From: Nemertoderma westbladi | Lineage: Eukaryota > Animalia > Xenacoelomorpha | Length of the DNA: 64,000 nucleotides | Assembly: GCA_032718475.1 (NCBI GenBank) | Contig: JAUCBJ010008295.1 | Span: forward strand, 62,202-126,201 | Direction of reading: 5' to 3' | In this document: positions 44,441 through 57,936 of the stretch, piece by piece | How positions within the stretch are numbered: position 1 is the first letter of the stretch | Layout: every line of letters begins with the position of its first letter | Notes under the pieces: model-generated | Seen by the model: the letters and a program-made list of their open reading frames with translations, nothing else | What the model was told of the DNA's origin: nothing | The model's database searches: none | Made by a program: the position numbers and the translations under genes

Positions 44441-47335
44441 AAATATAAATGAATTCTTACAACTATTTAAAACTTAATTCAAATAATTAAAACTTAAAAT
44501 TTTATACCTTTGAGTTAAGTATCAGAGTTTGTCACAGTATTACACAAACGAAAACTTTACTTTGCAACAAGTATGTATCTAAATTTCCTCCCAAAAATAT
44601 TATAACTTTAAGAAACGATTGCTGATGAAAAACTAACTAAATATAGCGGTGTATTCGGGCTCTGGCTGTCTGGAAATAAATCCGCAGTTAATAATAACCA
44701 CCAGCATTGAACTAAGAGAAAGAAAATAAAAGAGAACCTTACAAGAGAAGTAGATGAATAAAAGTGAAATGACATTACCGGTAGTTATTTATCTAATGGA
44801 ACACATTTAATGTGGTACATATTTATGTTGTTAGAATTGTTACAGTTTTGGAATTGTATTTTCTGCTTTTTTATAAAAAAATATCACAAAATTAAGAAAT
44901 CTCTGGGTCTGTAATGTAAGATATTAAAGTACTTGGACTACATCCATCACTATATCAATCATTTTACTCTGAACTGTGTCTGAACTGTTAGGTAGCGATT
45001 GAACCGTGTAGTATCAGCTGTTGTGTAGCGATTGGACCGTGTAGTATCAGCTGTTCTGTAGCGATGGTTTTATCAATAATTGACGTTGCTTTTTGCGCGA
45101 TCTGTAACGTCTCTGTTTTTCACTGAATTCCCGCAAATGTTTCGAATATTTTTCGGGATCAGTTATTTTTACCAAACGCCATTTACGCGCTTCTCTCGAA
45201 ATACCAGGTTCTCCGGGATCCAAGAAGACGGATAATCTATAATATACAAAAATATGATTTGTAGGGGAAACTTCTTCAGTTCACTTAAATCATACTATGC
45301 CTTATTACAATGGTTAGAATTTTGCAGTACTACTACAGTAGTACAAAACTGTATAGTGCTTATACAGTACATACAGTAGAGCGTGGGTTTAAATTCAAAA
45401 AAATTAATTAGAAGATTGGTATTACGGTAGGCTTGTTGTAGTTTCATACCGTACCGACGCAGTAATGTAATTGATACCCTATACCATTCTCACCTTTCAG
45501 CCCATTTTCCTAACCATTTAAGGAATTAATTAAAGTAATGTTGATTCTGTAAGAAATGCACCTGTTTCATTACTCACAATGTGCAAATATACTTAAAATA
45601 ATGTAAATTGTGATCGACCAATAGTACACTATTATTTACTGCTAATAGCATAATTGAGTTTTACGAGAGCGAATAATTGTTTGAACAACTATGATACAAT
45701 ACATAGGGATAGTTTGTTCTAATTCTAAAGCAGTTAAATTCATATTTTCGATCGAGAGTTTAATTTAGTTGTTACTTTTTCAAAACGTTTCCTCACGGCC
45801 GCTTAATACTGTAACATTTTCGAGGCCCCTAAAATATCCATAATTAGGTGCCCCCCTAGGCAGTATTTTTTTAAATTTATTATAACGAATTTTGCATATG
45901 GTGCAGCTGTCGCGAAACAATTATTTTATGTGGTTTTAGGAACCAACCAATCATCTTTAGAGTTAATTTAGTTTACCTAATTTATAATCTACATAGCCGT
46001 AATTTTACTGGGATTTGGGGTGGCGCCAACATTTTTAGCGTTTCCATCAAAATTTACAATATAATTCGATCGATTTTCTGATATTTTCGATCGATTATCG
46101 ATGATTTTCGATCATTACAGATGTAATGAAAAATTGAAGTGATCACTTGAAGAAACATTAATATAAATTTTTAAAATTATTAAAAATTATTGTTCAAACA
46201 ATTATTATTAAGACCAGTAACTATCCACTGGGAAGCAGCACCACAAACTTGGGCCAATCACGATTCTGCTTGTTGATAATGGGCCGGCGAGTGCGAAAAT
46301 AATACATTTCAAGCTTTTGCAGAACAAGCAATAATGGGCGCCGTGCAATTACTTTGAAATAATTAAAATGCTCGCACCAGTCAGTTAGCCAACGTGTAGG
46401 CCTATTGGGCTCGCCACGGTGTGTCATGATGTGATTGTGTAGAGTGTTGCTTTGTTCACTACCATCCTGATAGCAGCCCCATCCTGGTGCTGCTGTCTAA
46501 CGCATTCAAACAGGCGTGTCCAACATGCTTTTTAGTTTTTTACATACTTTGGTCCTTGCCGGTAAGGGTTTTTACTTAACTTGCTTGACTATTAATAAAT
46601 AATATAGTAATAAAAATATTGGTTAAATGATTAATTGGTTACTTTTTGAAAAATTTTCATCATAAAAAGAAGATACTAAATCTTAATACAGTATTTCGAA
46701 AAGTTGCTGCGAGTAGAGTGGTAACTTCAATGCCTCGCTCATTGGTGGTATTCCAAATGACTTCGTTTATATATTACAGACTAGATCATATCCTCACGCG
46801 CTCCGCTTTTCACAAAACCGACCATAAATTACAGTATTACATTTTTATGTGACACAATTCAGTCATTGTAAAGAATTGCGTTTAGAAAGTGTATGTTTTT
46901 AACACATAGTTGGGTCAATATTCAACAATATTAAATATGTATTGATTAAAAAAAAAGTTGAAAATAGTAAAGGGCGATGCGGTAAGAGGTCCAATTCCAT
47001 ATACAAATTGTCCTCATTAATAAAATAATATTATGTGAATATTAAAAAATAAAAATATTTGGTGTACATCAATATTTTGAAAAAAATTTAAAAAGTATAT
47101 AGTATTGAATCCCAGTCGGTTTTATTATAATTTTCAAGGATTCCGTTTAAACACTGACTACATAGGGTTGTACTGATATACGAGCATGTGAATACTATAA
47201 TATAATTTATATTGTGTATATATATTATTTGATATTGGTTTGAGATCCAGAGATTGTATAAATTATTAAGTAAGGCTAACTTGAAAGGAACTATCGAAGA
47301 ACAACTCTATAAGAAAATTGAGCGAATATTTGAAT

Positions 47336-47410
47336 TCGCCAAGAGCGGGGATCGAACGCGGACTTCCCAACAAACGTTCAGGAATGCTGACCATTACACC
47401 AGGAAGGCTA
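47336..47410 (-). mobile_element. tRNA-like SINE head
   Basis: Minus strand GCCTTCCTGGTGTAATGGTCAGC...CGCGTTCGATCCCCGCTCTTGGCG; A and B boxes present, acceptor stem imperfect. Confidence 0.5.
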
Positions 47411-47695
47411 ACCTGAACGTTTACTGTGGAACACCTTACCGGAGGCCAATTCATTTTTGCTATAGAGTTGTTCATCCAAAGTCTTGTTTAAATTGCTTAA
47501 TAATATACTTTATTATATTTCATATTTAGTATTCGTAACAAAATATTATCTATTTCTGTAAATATAATTATTATCAAAACAATACTAAGAAACAAGCAAT
47601 GGTAATTCCACGTATTGTATATGTTTATTTATGGTTGATCTTTTTTAGCATTATTTCAAACACAAATAGAGCCGGTAAGTTTTAAATCTAGTTAC

Positions 47696-49458
47696 CCAGT
47701 CCAGTCCAGTCCAGCCCAGCCCAGTCCAGTCCAGTCCAGTCCAGTCCAGTCCAGTCCAGTCCAGCCCAGCCCAGCCCAGCCCAGCCCAGTCCAGTCCAGT
47801 CCAGTCCAGTCCAGTCCAGTCCAGTCCAGTCCAGTCCAGTCCAGTCCAGTCCAGTCCAGTCCAGTCCAGTCCAGTCCAGTCCAGTCCAGTCCAGTCCAGT
47901 CCAGCCCAGACCAGACCAGACCAGCCCAGCCCAGCCCAGCCCAGCCCAGCCAAGCCCAGCCCAGCCCAGCCCAGCCCAGCCCAGCCCAGCCCAGCCCAGC
48001 CCAGCCCAGCCCAGCCCAGCCCAGCCCAGCCCAGCCCAGCCCAGCCCAGCCCAGCCCAGCCCAGCCCAGCCCAGCCCAGCCCAGCCCCGTCCAGTCCAGT
48101 CCAGTCCAGTCCAGTCCAGTCCAGTCCAGTCCAGTCCAGCCCAGTCCAGTCCAGTCCAGTCCAGTCCAGTCCAGCCCAGCCCAGTCCAGTCCAGTCCAGT
48201 CCAGTCCAGTCCAGTCCAGTCCAGTCCAGTCCAGTCCAGTCCAGTCCAGTCCAGTCCAGTCCAGTCCAGTCCAGTCCAGTCCAGTCCAGTCCAGTCCAGT
48301 CCAGTCCAGTCCAGTCCAGTCCAGTCCAGTCCAGTCCAGTCCAGTCCAGTCCAGTCCAGTCCAGTCCAGTCCAGTCCAGTCCAGTCCAGTCCAGTCCAGT
48401 CCAGTCCAGTCCAGTCCAGTCCAGTCCAGTCCAGTCCAGTCCAGTCCAGTCCAGTCCAGTCCAGTCCAGTCCAGTCCAGTCCAGTCCAGTCCAGTCCAGT
48501 CCAGTCCAGTCCAGTCCAGTCCAGTCCAGTCCAGTCCAGTCCAGTCCAGTCCAGTCAGTCCAGTCTAGTCCAGTCCAGTCCAGTCCAGTCCAGTCCAGTC
48601 CAGTCCAGTCCAGTCCAGTCCAGTCCAGTCCAGTCCAGTCCAGTCCAGTCCAGTCCAGTCCAGTCCAATCCAGTCCAATCCAGTCCAATCCAGTCCAATC
48701 CAGTCCAATCCAGTCCAATCCAGTCCAATCCAGTCCAATCCAGTCCAATCCAGTCCAATCCAGTCCAATCCAGTCCAATCCAGTCCAATCCAGTCCAATC
48801 CAGTCCAATCCAGTCCAATCCAGTCCAATCCAGTCCAATCCAGTCCAATCCAGTCCAATCCAGTCCAATCCAGTCCAATCCAGTCCAATCCAGTCCAATC
48901 CAGTCCAATCCAGTCCAATCCAATCCAGTCCAATCCAGTCCAATCCAGTCCAATCCAGTCCAATCCAGTCCAATCCAGTCCAATCCAGTCCAATCCAGTC
49001 CAATCCAGTCCAATCCAGTCCAATCCAGTCCAATCCAGTCCAATCCAGTCCAATCCATTCCAATCCAGTCCAATCCAGTCCAATCCAGTCCAATCCAGTC
49101 CAATCCAGTCCAATCCAGTCCAATCCAGTCCAGTCCAGTCCAGTCCAGTCCAATCCAGTCCAGTCCAGTCCAGTCCAGTCCAGTCCAGTCCAGTCCAGTC
49201 CAGTCCAGTCCAGTCCAGTCCAGTCCAGTCCAGTCCAGTCCAGTCCAGTCCAGTCCAGTCCAGTCCAGTCCAGTCTAGTCCAGTCCAGTCCAGTCCAGTC
49301 CAGTCCAGTCCAGTCCAGTCCAGTCCAGTCCAGTCCAGTCCAGTCCAGTCCAGTCCAGTCCAGTCCAGTCCAGTCCAGTCCAGTCCAGTCCAGTCCAGTC
49401 CAGTCCAGTCCAGTCCAGCCCAGCCCAGTCCAGTCCAGTCTAGTCCAATCCAGTCTAG
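47696..49458. repeat. (CCAGT)n pentanucleotide array with CCAGC and alternating CCAGT-CCAAT subdomains
   Basis: Direct inspection. Confidence 0.98.
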
Positions 49459-49492
49459 TGCGAATAATTTTGGATTTGTTAATGTTTTATAG

Positions 49493-49830
49493 GTGGTCGA
49501 CTTATAGAAAACGGAAGTTACGACAATGGATATATAGTGACAATATACAACGATTATATAACACTAACTAATCCAGAGTGCAAAGACCAGCGTCCAACAT
49601 ACTCGAAAACTTGCTCAAATGTCATTATTATTTCTCCAATTTTATCTGACACAATAAGTCTTACGGTATTAGAAAAAGTAATAAGAATATTGGGTGTAAT
49701 TTTTCTCTGCATTGGAATTCCAGCTAATCTTGTTACGGTTTACGCGATGTGTAAAAGCAAAGTGTTCAACCAACATAGCCAGTACGTAATAAGTGCGCTA
49801 GCAACTAGCGATACCTGTCTTCTAGTTGGA
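49493..49830 (+). pseudogene. Class A GPCR exon fragment (N-terminus, TM1, start of TM2) truncated by a repeat insertion
   Basis: Candidate acceptor TTTTATAG at 49485-49492, then an open frame with ILGVIFLCIGIPANLVTVYAM (TM1, GxxxN) and ISALATSD (TM2 LAxxD); the sequence switches to the repeat start GTTGGATATGCGG at 49825. Confidence 0.65.
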
Positions 49831-52800
49831 TATGCGGACTCCAGAAAGTAAAAAAATAAAGAGTAAATTCGTTGGCTTCCGCAGTCAGGAAGCCAACCTT
49901 CCCGTGTACACGTTTCTACATATAGGATATTCCGCGGAGTTCACTGAATCTAGAGATCTACAATAGCTGGCAAGCCGAAACTCGGCACGCGTATAGTACT
50001 CCAGATTCTAAGAATCGCTCAACCCTACGATTTTTGATTTTTGACCTTTAAGGGTCAAAGGTCAAAGGTCAAAGTTGGAAAATTTCCCGAAAATCGCGTT
50101 TTTTTTTATAAATCCAAAATTATCTCGAAAACAAAAAACAAATCTCCAAATGTCCTACGCTGAACTTTTAGCTAGATAAATTATACGTAATCTATCAAAA
50201 TTTCAGATTTCCGAAATTGGCCATTTTGGCCCTGTCTTCGGGGAAGTAAGAAAATTTTCAAAAAACGCTATTTTTCGATATAACGTAGCCTCGCGCTCCT
50301 AGCCCATTAGACCTAGGGGCTTCAAACTTATACCACAAACGCAACTATGGCGTGGGCATGTTCTCTGAAAATTTCAGCCAAAAGGCATTCATTTGTCGGC
50401 TATGGGCAAGACGTAGACATTACGGCGCCAATTTCCGACGATTTGAGCCAATTTTGTAAGCTATGTAGCTCTGTTAGTATATATCGGATCGAGACCGTTC
50501 CACTTTTAATCAATAGAGGGAAGGTGGATCTACCTTCTCAATATTTCAGATCCGGACCTTGGTCAATTTTAGGGGGGGAAAAAGGGTGGACAAAAGGTGG
50601 AAAATTGCAAAATCGGAAAAAACCACTTTGGGGAAAATTAATTTTCTCAAAATTCTCTGCTTATTTTTTTTTTAAACTTTAACATGTTTTAGTACTACTC
50701 AATAGCTACCTTCTGTAGACAGAAAGTTAAGCACAAAAATCTACCGTTTTGGAGTAAATGGACGACGGAAATTTTTGTCCACCAAAAATTCAGTTTTTTT
50801 CAAAAAACGCAAATTTTCGGAAGCCAATATCTCGAGAACCCTTGGTCTAGGGGCTCCAAAAAAAAAATGAAGCCTGTCTGATTTTTTGAGTTCTACAAAT
50901 CCACTATACATTGTTTTATAAAAAAAATTAATCTTCAGGGGCCATAGGGGGGACAAACTTTTTTAAAAAAGGGCCAATTTTTTTTACTAAATTGGCCATA
51001 AATTGGCCAAAAGTGGTTTTTATCGAAAATGGTCCAATATCTTATTATACCTTTTATTCTTGCGCAACTTTTCACCAAATTTCAGCGTTTTTTATTTTTG
51101 GCCAAAAATCACAGTGCTACCCCCCCTTACGAGATTTGTCAATTTTTGACGATTTGCGCAAAAAAAAATTTTTTGCCCGAAAACACTTTTTCTGGGTAAT
51201 ATTGATGCGCTAATTCCAAATTTCGAAACCGTTTTCGATTTCGCCCAACCAAAAAAATTTTAGAGCACTTTAAAAACCGTATTTTTAATGAAAATTCTTT
51301 TTTATATTATTAATCAATTTCCAGCTCGGTTATTCCTTATTTTATCATCTTCTATTTGGTATTATTAGATCCGCGCGTTCAATACGAGTCGTTTGAGCCA
51401 TATAACATCATTGTATCTACTATTCTTCATGAGTTATAAGCGTTTTAATGGGGACGCACATCTAATGTCATTACATGCCTGGTCATTCACCTTACCACAC
51501 AGAAGCCAGGGAAGGGAGGGAGTGGGGTGGGGAACACTGATAGTTCCTGGACATGCTGGTGTTATTGTTGGTTGCTATGGAGATATACTGAATATTATGC
51601 CCTTGGGGTTGTGGTGAAGGCTAAACCAACAACGTACCAACCAACCTTTCCTGACTGCCAGTAGTAGCCCAGCATTCAACCCTGTATAGGCAGAGATACA
51701 TGTAGACATCGGGAGAGTAAGTTGGTGACGAATTTAAATACATTTACTAACTGACTAAGTTAATTAATAATAATATAGGCATAGCCTAATGTATTATCTG
51801 AGCATAAATAATGGCTAATGGATAGGCCTACATACCAGACAGGTAGGCTGAACACTGTATACCCAGCAACCGTATTTGATTCAGGATTTGTTTATATTTA
51901 TTTGGTTTATTTTTTTATTGTGGTCCAGAATCGCCACCATTTCAGCATTTGGTAGTGTGGGTAGATGTTATCATTAAAGCGATTTGGGGTTTGACGAATA
52001 ATGGGTGTACCAAAGCTGTTAGGTATCATTTAGTTAGGTACAAACCGCTGATATTCTGTGTCATGGATTTTGCTTTCGTAAAGTGCCGCGCAGTTCATTC
52101 AACCCATTCAGCCAGTAAGTTTACTTACTGTCACATATGACCGGGTTCGCCTTGATGTTAAAGGGTAGATATATAAATCCTGTAAACCCACATGTTGTTA
52201 CGGCTGTGAGTGGCAAGTCCAGAGCAGTTCATGGTGAGTTAGAGCATGTGCGAGATAAACGGAAAGCTTCCCGTTAGTCTAGAAGAATGGTACCGCAATG
52301 GGATTCATTTAAATTAGTCACCCAGGAACTCAGATGTACCCCGCACTGATTTATGGTTGTATTTTGGTACTCTGCACGCATTTGGTGGGATCCGAGCTTT
52401 GGGGATTTTATTTAATAATAGGCCTCTATTGATTACTTCCATTCCCTGCGTTATTTATTATTTGTTTATAATTATTCAAATATATTGTATTTTTTATTGA
52501 GAATATTCTAGTGTATTTGTTCAGTTAGTTTTGCAAATTTGCAATCGTTGTCATTCTGATAATTTATTACAAAATTGTTACATTATTATGACAACATTAC
52601 ACATTATATACAACGCACCATTTGTATTAACAGCAAGTTGTTAAGTTATCAATATTTCGTAATGTTGAAATTTTGTGATAAACTACAAGGGCAAATACTG
52701 TCAAGTTCTTTTATAATAAAATTAACCGTGTATATTTATTCAATTATGTAAAATAACTATCCCCAACGCTCATCAACACTTGTGTTGATGTGCGTTGGGG

Positions 52801-53545
52801 CGCAAATGACAACTCTTTAGTTGCCCCCCCCCCCCCCCCCCCCCCCCGCAGCCTGGCTGCCTAACATTTTATTGCTGAGAGATCAACTGTGGGTGGCTGG
52901 CTATTTCGTATGCATCAAATACTATTATGTTACAAGGTACTGAAGATAGTATAATTAAACTTTTAATGTTGATAACTTTTTGTTTATATAAAGTGCCTAC
53001 AATATTTGTGGTTAAAATTTATCATTATTTATATTTGAATTGAATTTCGTATCTTGTATTTGATGGGTTGTTCCCTATTTAATACTTTAATTGTTTATAT
53101 TTGAGTTTAATATGCATTGTTCAGTTCATACACTGGTACTTTATTTATATAATTTATTATTTATAAAAACAATTGTCATTTAAATTATTATTTAATCTGC
53201 ATTTGTGTTTGTGCAGAGATAGGGGTTATAATCAATGGGTAATGAATTAGGGTGTTATATAATGTTTTATAATATCATGATATCCTAACTTATTCGGGAG
53301 GGATGGTGGGTTCTCTATGAAGATTTCATAAATTCATCTACTATTTTATTTACTTTATATCCTTGCATTTATATTATATTTGTGCGATAGTATATCTTCA
53401 CACTCCCCATATGTCAGTTAGCATTGATCTCTCAATTCAATCAATCTTTTATTTCTCCCCACTCTTCCCATTGACATTCCACTCCACCCCACCCCCTCCC
53501 ATACTCTCTCTCTCTCTTCTCTCCCCCTCCTAGCATCCGCCCCTT
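49825..53545. mobile_element. Non-autonomous DNA element, copy 1 (long form); Helitron/Helentron-like, class uncertain
   Basis: Starts GTTGGATATGCGGAC with a subterminal hairpin; ~1.4-kb core shared with copies 2-4; ends (CT)n..TAGCATCCGCCCC. Confidence 0.65.
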
Positions 53546-55735
53546 GTTGGATATGCGGACCTCAGAAAGTAAAAAAATAAAGAGTAAACCCGTTGGCTTC
53601 CGCAGTCAGGAAGCCAACCTTCCCGTGTACACGTTTCTACATATAGGATATTCCGCGCAGTTCACTGATTCTGGAGATCTACAATAGCTGGGAAGCTGAA
53701 ATTTGGTACACGTATATTTCGAGGAATTCTAAGATACGCTATTTTTTTATTTTTTTTAATTTCGACCCGGAAGTGTTAAAAATTTAACTCCAAAGTTAAA
53801 AAATTTAACTAAAATCTGGAATTTTTTTATTCGCAGCTAATTATCTCAAAAACCATAGGGAAATTTCAAAATGTCTCTCTATCCGATTTTGCGCAGATAA
53901 TTTATACATAATCTATCAAAATATCAGATTTCCCGAATTGGCCATTTTGGCCACACTTAACTTTTCCCGGTAAAATTTTCAAAAAACGCTATTTTTCGAT
54001 ATAACGTAGCCTCGCGCTCCTAGCCCATTAGGCCTAGGGGCTTCAAACTTATACCACAAACGCGCCAAGAGAGTGGGCATGTTCTCTGAAAATTTCAGCC
54101 AAAAGGCATTCATTTGTCGGCTATGGGCAAGTCGTAGACATTACGGCGCCAATTTCTGACGATTTGAGCCAATTTTGTAAGCGCTCTAGCTCTGTTACTA
54201 TATATCGGATCGAGACCGTTCCACTTTTAATCAATAGAGGGGAGGTGGATCTACCTTCTCAATATTTCAGATCCGGACCTCGGTCAATTTTAGGGGGGGA
54301 AAAAGGGTGGACAAAAGGTGGAAAATTGCAAAATCGGAAAAAACCACTTTGGGGAAAATAAATTTTCTCAAAATTCTCTGCTTATTTTTTTTTTAAACTT
54401 TAACATGTTTTAGTACTACTCAATAGCTACCTTCTGTAGACAGAAAGTTAAGCACAAAAATCTACCGTTTTGGAGTAAATGGACGACGGAAATTGTTGTC
54501 CAACAAAAATTCCGTTTTTTATCAAAAAACGCAAATATTCGGGAGCCAATATCTCGAGAACCCTTGGTCTAGGGGCTCCAAAAAAAAAATGAAGCCTATC
54601 TGATTTTTTGAGTTCTACAAATCCACTATACATTGTTTTATAAAAAAAATTAATCTTCAGGGGCCATAGGGGGGACAAACTTTTTTAAAAAAGGGCCAAT
54701 TTTTTTTACCAAATTGGCCATAAATTGGCCAAAACTGGTTTTTATCGAAAATGGTCCAATAACTTATTATACCATTTATTCTTGCGCAACTTTTCACCAA
54801 ATTTCAGCGTTTTTTATTTTTGGCCAAAAATCACGGTGCGGTCCCCCCTTACGAGATTTGTCAATTTTTGACGATTTGCGCAAAAAAAAATTTTTTGCCC
54901 GAAAACACTTTTTCTGGTAAATATTGATGCGCTGATTCCAAATTTCGAAACCGTTTTCGATTAAAAACAATAGGAAAAAAATTAGAGCATTTTCAATTCT
55001 GGAATTTCAAATATATGATGAAAAAAAATTTTTTTTTTAATTTTTTCAAATATTGTAAATCTTATTGTATCAACTTGAATTTGGTATTAGTAGATGCATA
55101 AACATATTTTAAGATGTTTTAGGTACATTATGATGGAATTGTACCTATTATACATAAGATGTTAGAAGCACCTAATTCCAGGTTGGCTATGAAACTGGAG
55201 GTGGCCACGAAACTGCAAAGTGCAAAGATAAACTATATTTATTCTTATATAGAAAGTGTTTCTCCCCAATCCTCATCAACACTTGTGTTGATGGGATTGG
55301 GGCTATAAATTATAATGTTTATTAACCCCCCCCCCCTTCCCCAGTATGACCATGTCCATTCATGCTTATTATGTGGGTACCCAAATTTCTTACAACAATT
55401 GAATATTATTCATACGATAATTTATAATATGTGGATAAGATAGGGGGTTAACAGGGCTTGTAGTGAATGGGTCAAGGAATAAGACGACAAACAATTATGT
55501 AAAATACAATATATTAATGTAATTTGGGAGGGAAGGCGGGTTTAATATATAGACTTCAGAAGTTCATATCTACACTTAATATTCTATTTACATTCTTGAA
55601 TAATATTACAACACCGTACAGTGTACCTACACACCTGTCAGTGATTTTGTAAAACCTGCATATTCCCTAACACTACCACCCTCTTAAATCCCCTCTCTCT
55701 CTCTCTTCTCTCCCCCTCCTAGCATCCGCCCCCTC
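53546..55735. mobile_element. Same element, copy 2 (2190 bp)
   Basis: Head-to-tail repeat with the same start and end motifs. Confidence 0.75.
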
Positions 55736-57936
55736 GTTGGATATGCGGACTCCAGAAAGTAAAAAAATAAAGAGTAAATTCGTTGGCTTCCGCAGTCAGG
55801 AAGCCAACCTTCCCGTGTACACGTTTCTACATATAGGATATTCCGCGGAGTTCACTGTAGCTGGAGATCTACAATAGCTGGGAAGCTGAAATTTGGTACA
55901 CGTATATTTCGAGGAATTCTAAGATAAGCCATAGTTTTATTTTTTTTAATTTCGACCCGGAAGTGTTAAAAATTTAACTCCAAAGTTAAAAAATTTAACT
56001 AAAATCTGGAATTTTTTTATTCGCGGCTAATTATCTCAAAAACTATAGGGAAATTTCAAAATGTCTCTCTATCCGATTTTGCGCAGATAATTTATACATA
56101 ATCTTTCAAAATTTCAGATTTCCAAAATTGGCCATTTTGGCCCTGTCTTCAGGGGAGTAAGAAAATTTTCAAAAATCGCTATTTTTCGATATAACGTAAC
56201 CTCGCGCTCCTAGCCCATTAGGCCTAGGGGCTTCAAACTTATACCACAAACGCGCCTAGAGAGTGGGCATGTTCTCTGAAAATTTCAGCCAAAAGGCATT
56301 CAATGGTCGGCTATGGGCAAGTCGTAGACATTACGGCGCCAATTTTGGGCAATTTGAGCCAATTTCGTAAGCGCTCTAGCTCTGTTACTATATATCGGAT
56401 CGAGACCGTTCCACTTTTAATCAATAGAGGGAAGGTGAATCTACCTGCTCAATATTTCAGATCCGGACCTCGTTCAATTTTAGGGGGGGAAAAAGGGTGG
56501 ACAAAAGGTGGAAAATTGCAAAATCGGAAAAAACCACTTTGGGGAAAATTAATTTTCTCAAAATTCTCTGCTTATTTTTTTTTTAAACTTTAACATGTTT
56601 TAGTACTACTCAATAGCTACCTTTTGTAGACAGAAAGTTAAGCACAGAAATCTACTTTTGTCGGAGTAAATGGATGACGGAAATTTTTGTCCCTCAAAAA
56701 TTCCGTTTTTTTCAAAAAACGCAAATTTTCGGAAACCAATATCTCGAGAACCCTTGGTCTAGGGGCTCCAAAAAAAAAATGAAGCCTGTCTGATTTTTTG
56801 AGTTCTACAAATCCACTATACATTGTTTTATAAAAAAAATTAATCTTCAGGGGCCATAGGGGGGACAAACTTTTTTAAAAAAGGGCCAATTTTTTTTACT
56901 TAATTGGCCATAAATTGGCCAAAAGTGGTTTTTATCGAAAATGGTCCAATAACTTATTATACCATTTATTCTTGCGCAACTTTTCACCAAATTTCAGCGT
57001 TTTTTATTTTTGGCCAAAAATCACGGTGCTACCCCCCCTTACGAGATTTGTCAATTTTTGACGATTTGCGCAAAAAAAAAATTTTTGCCCGAAAACACTT
57101 TTTCTGGTAAATATTGATGCGCTGATTCCAAATTTCGAAACCGTTTTCGATTAAAATCAATAGAAAAAAAATTAGAGCATTTTCAATTCTGGAATTTGAA
57201 ATATATGATGAAAAAAAAATTTTTTTTTTAATTTTTTCAAATCTCGTAAATCTTATTGTATCAACTTGAATTTGGTATTAGTAGATGCATAAACATATTT
57301 TAAGATGTTTTAGGTACATTATGATGGAATTGTACCTATTATACATAAGATGTTAGAAGCACTTAATTCCAGGTTGGCTATGAAAATGGAGGTGGCCATG
57401 AAACTGCAAAGTGCAAAGATAAACTATATTTATTCTTATATAGAAAGTGTTTTTCCCCAATCCTCATCAACACTTGTGTTGATGGGATTGGGGCTATAAA
57501 ATATAATATGTTTATTACCCCCCCCCCCCCCCCTCCCCTTCCCTGGTATGACCCTGTCCATTCATGCTTATTATGTGGGTACCCAAATTTCTTATAACAA
57601 TTGAATATTATTCATACAATAATTTATTATATGTTGATAAGATAGGGGGTTAACAGGGCTTGTAGTCAATGGGTCAAGGAATAAGACGACAAACAATTTA
57701 TAAAATACAATATATTAATGTAATTTGGGAGGGATGGCGGGTTTACTACTGTATATAGACTTCAGAAGTTCATATCTACACTTAATATTCTATTTACATT
57801 CTTGAATAATATTACAACACCGTACAGTGTACCTACACACCTGTCAGTCATTTTGTAAAACCTTCATATTCCCTAACTCTACCCCCCCTCTTATATCTCC
57901 TCTCTCTTCTCTCCCCCTCCTAGCATCCGCTCCCTC
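55736..57936. mobile_element. Same element, copy 3 (2201 bp)
   Basis: Head-to-tail repeat closely similar to copy 2 over its whole length. Confidence 0.75.

Noticed and set aside
47651-49153. 500-aa DWTGL-repeat ORF
   Set aside because: Translation of a pentanucleotide microsatellite.
49860-49945. HDV-like ribozyme on the minus strand (hairpin followed by CGAA)
   Set aside because: No P1/P2/P3 pairing found, and CGAA is not conserved in copies 2 and 4.
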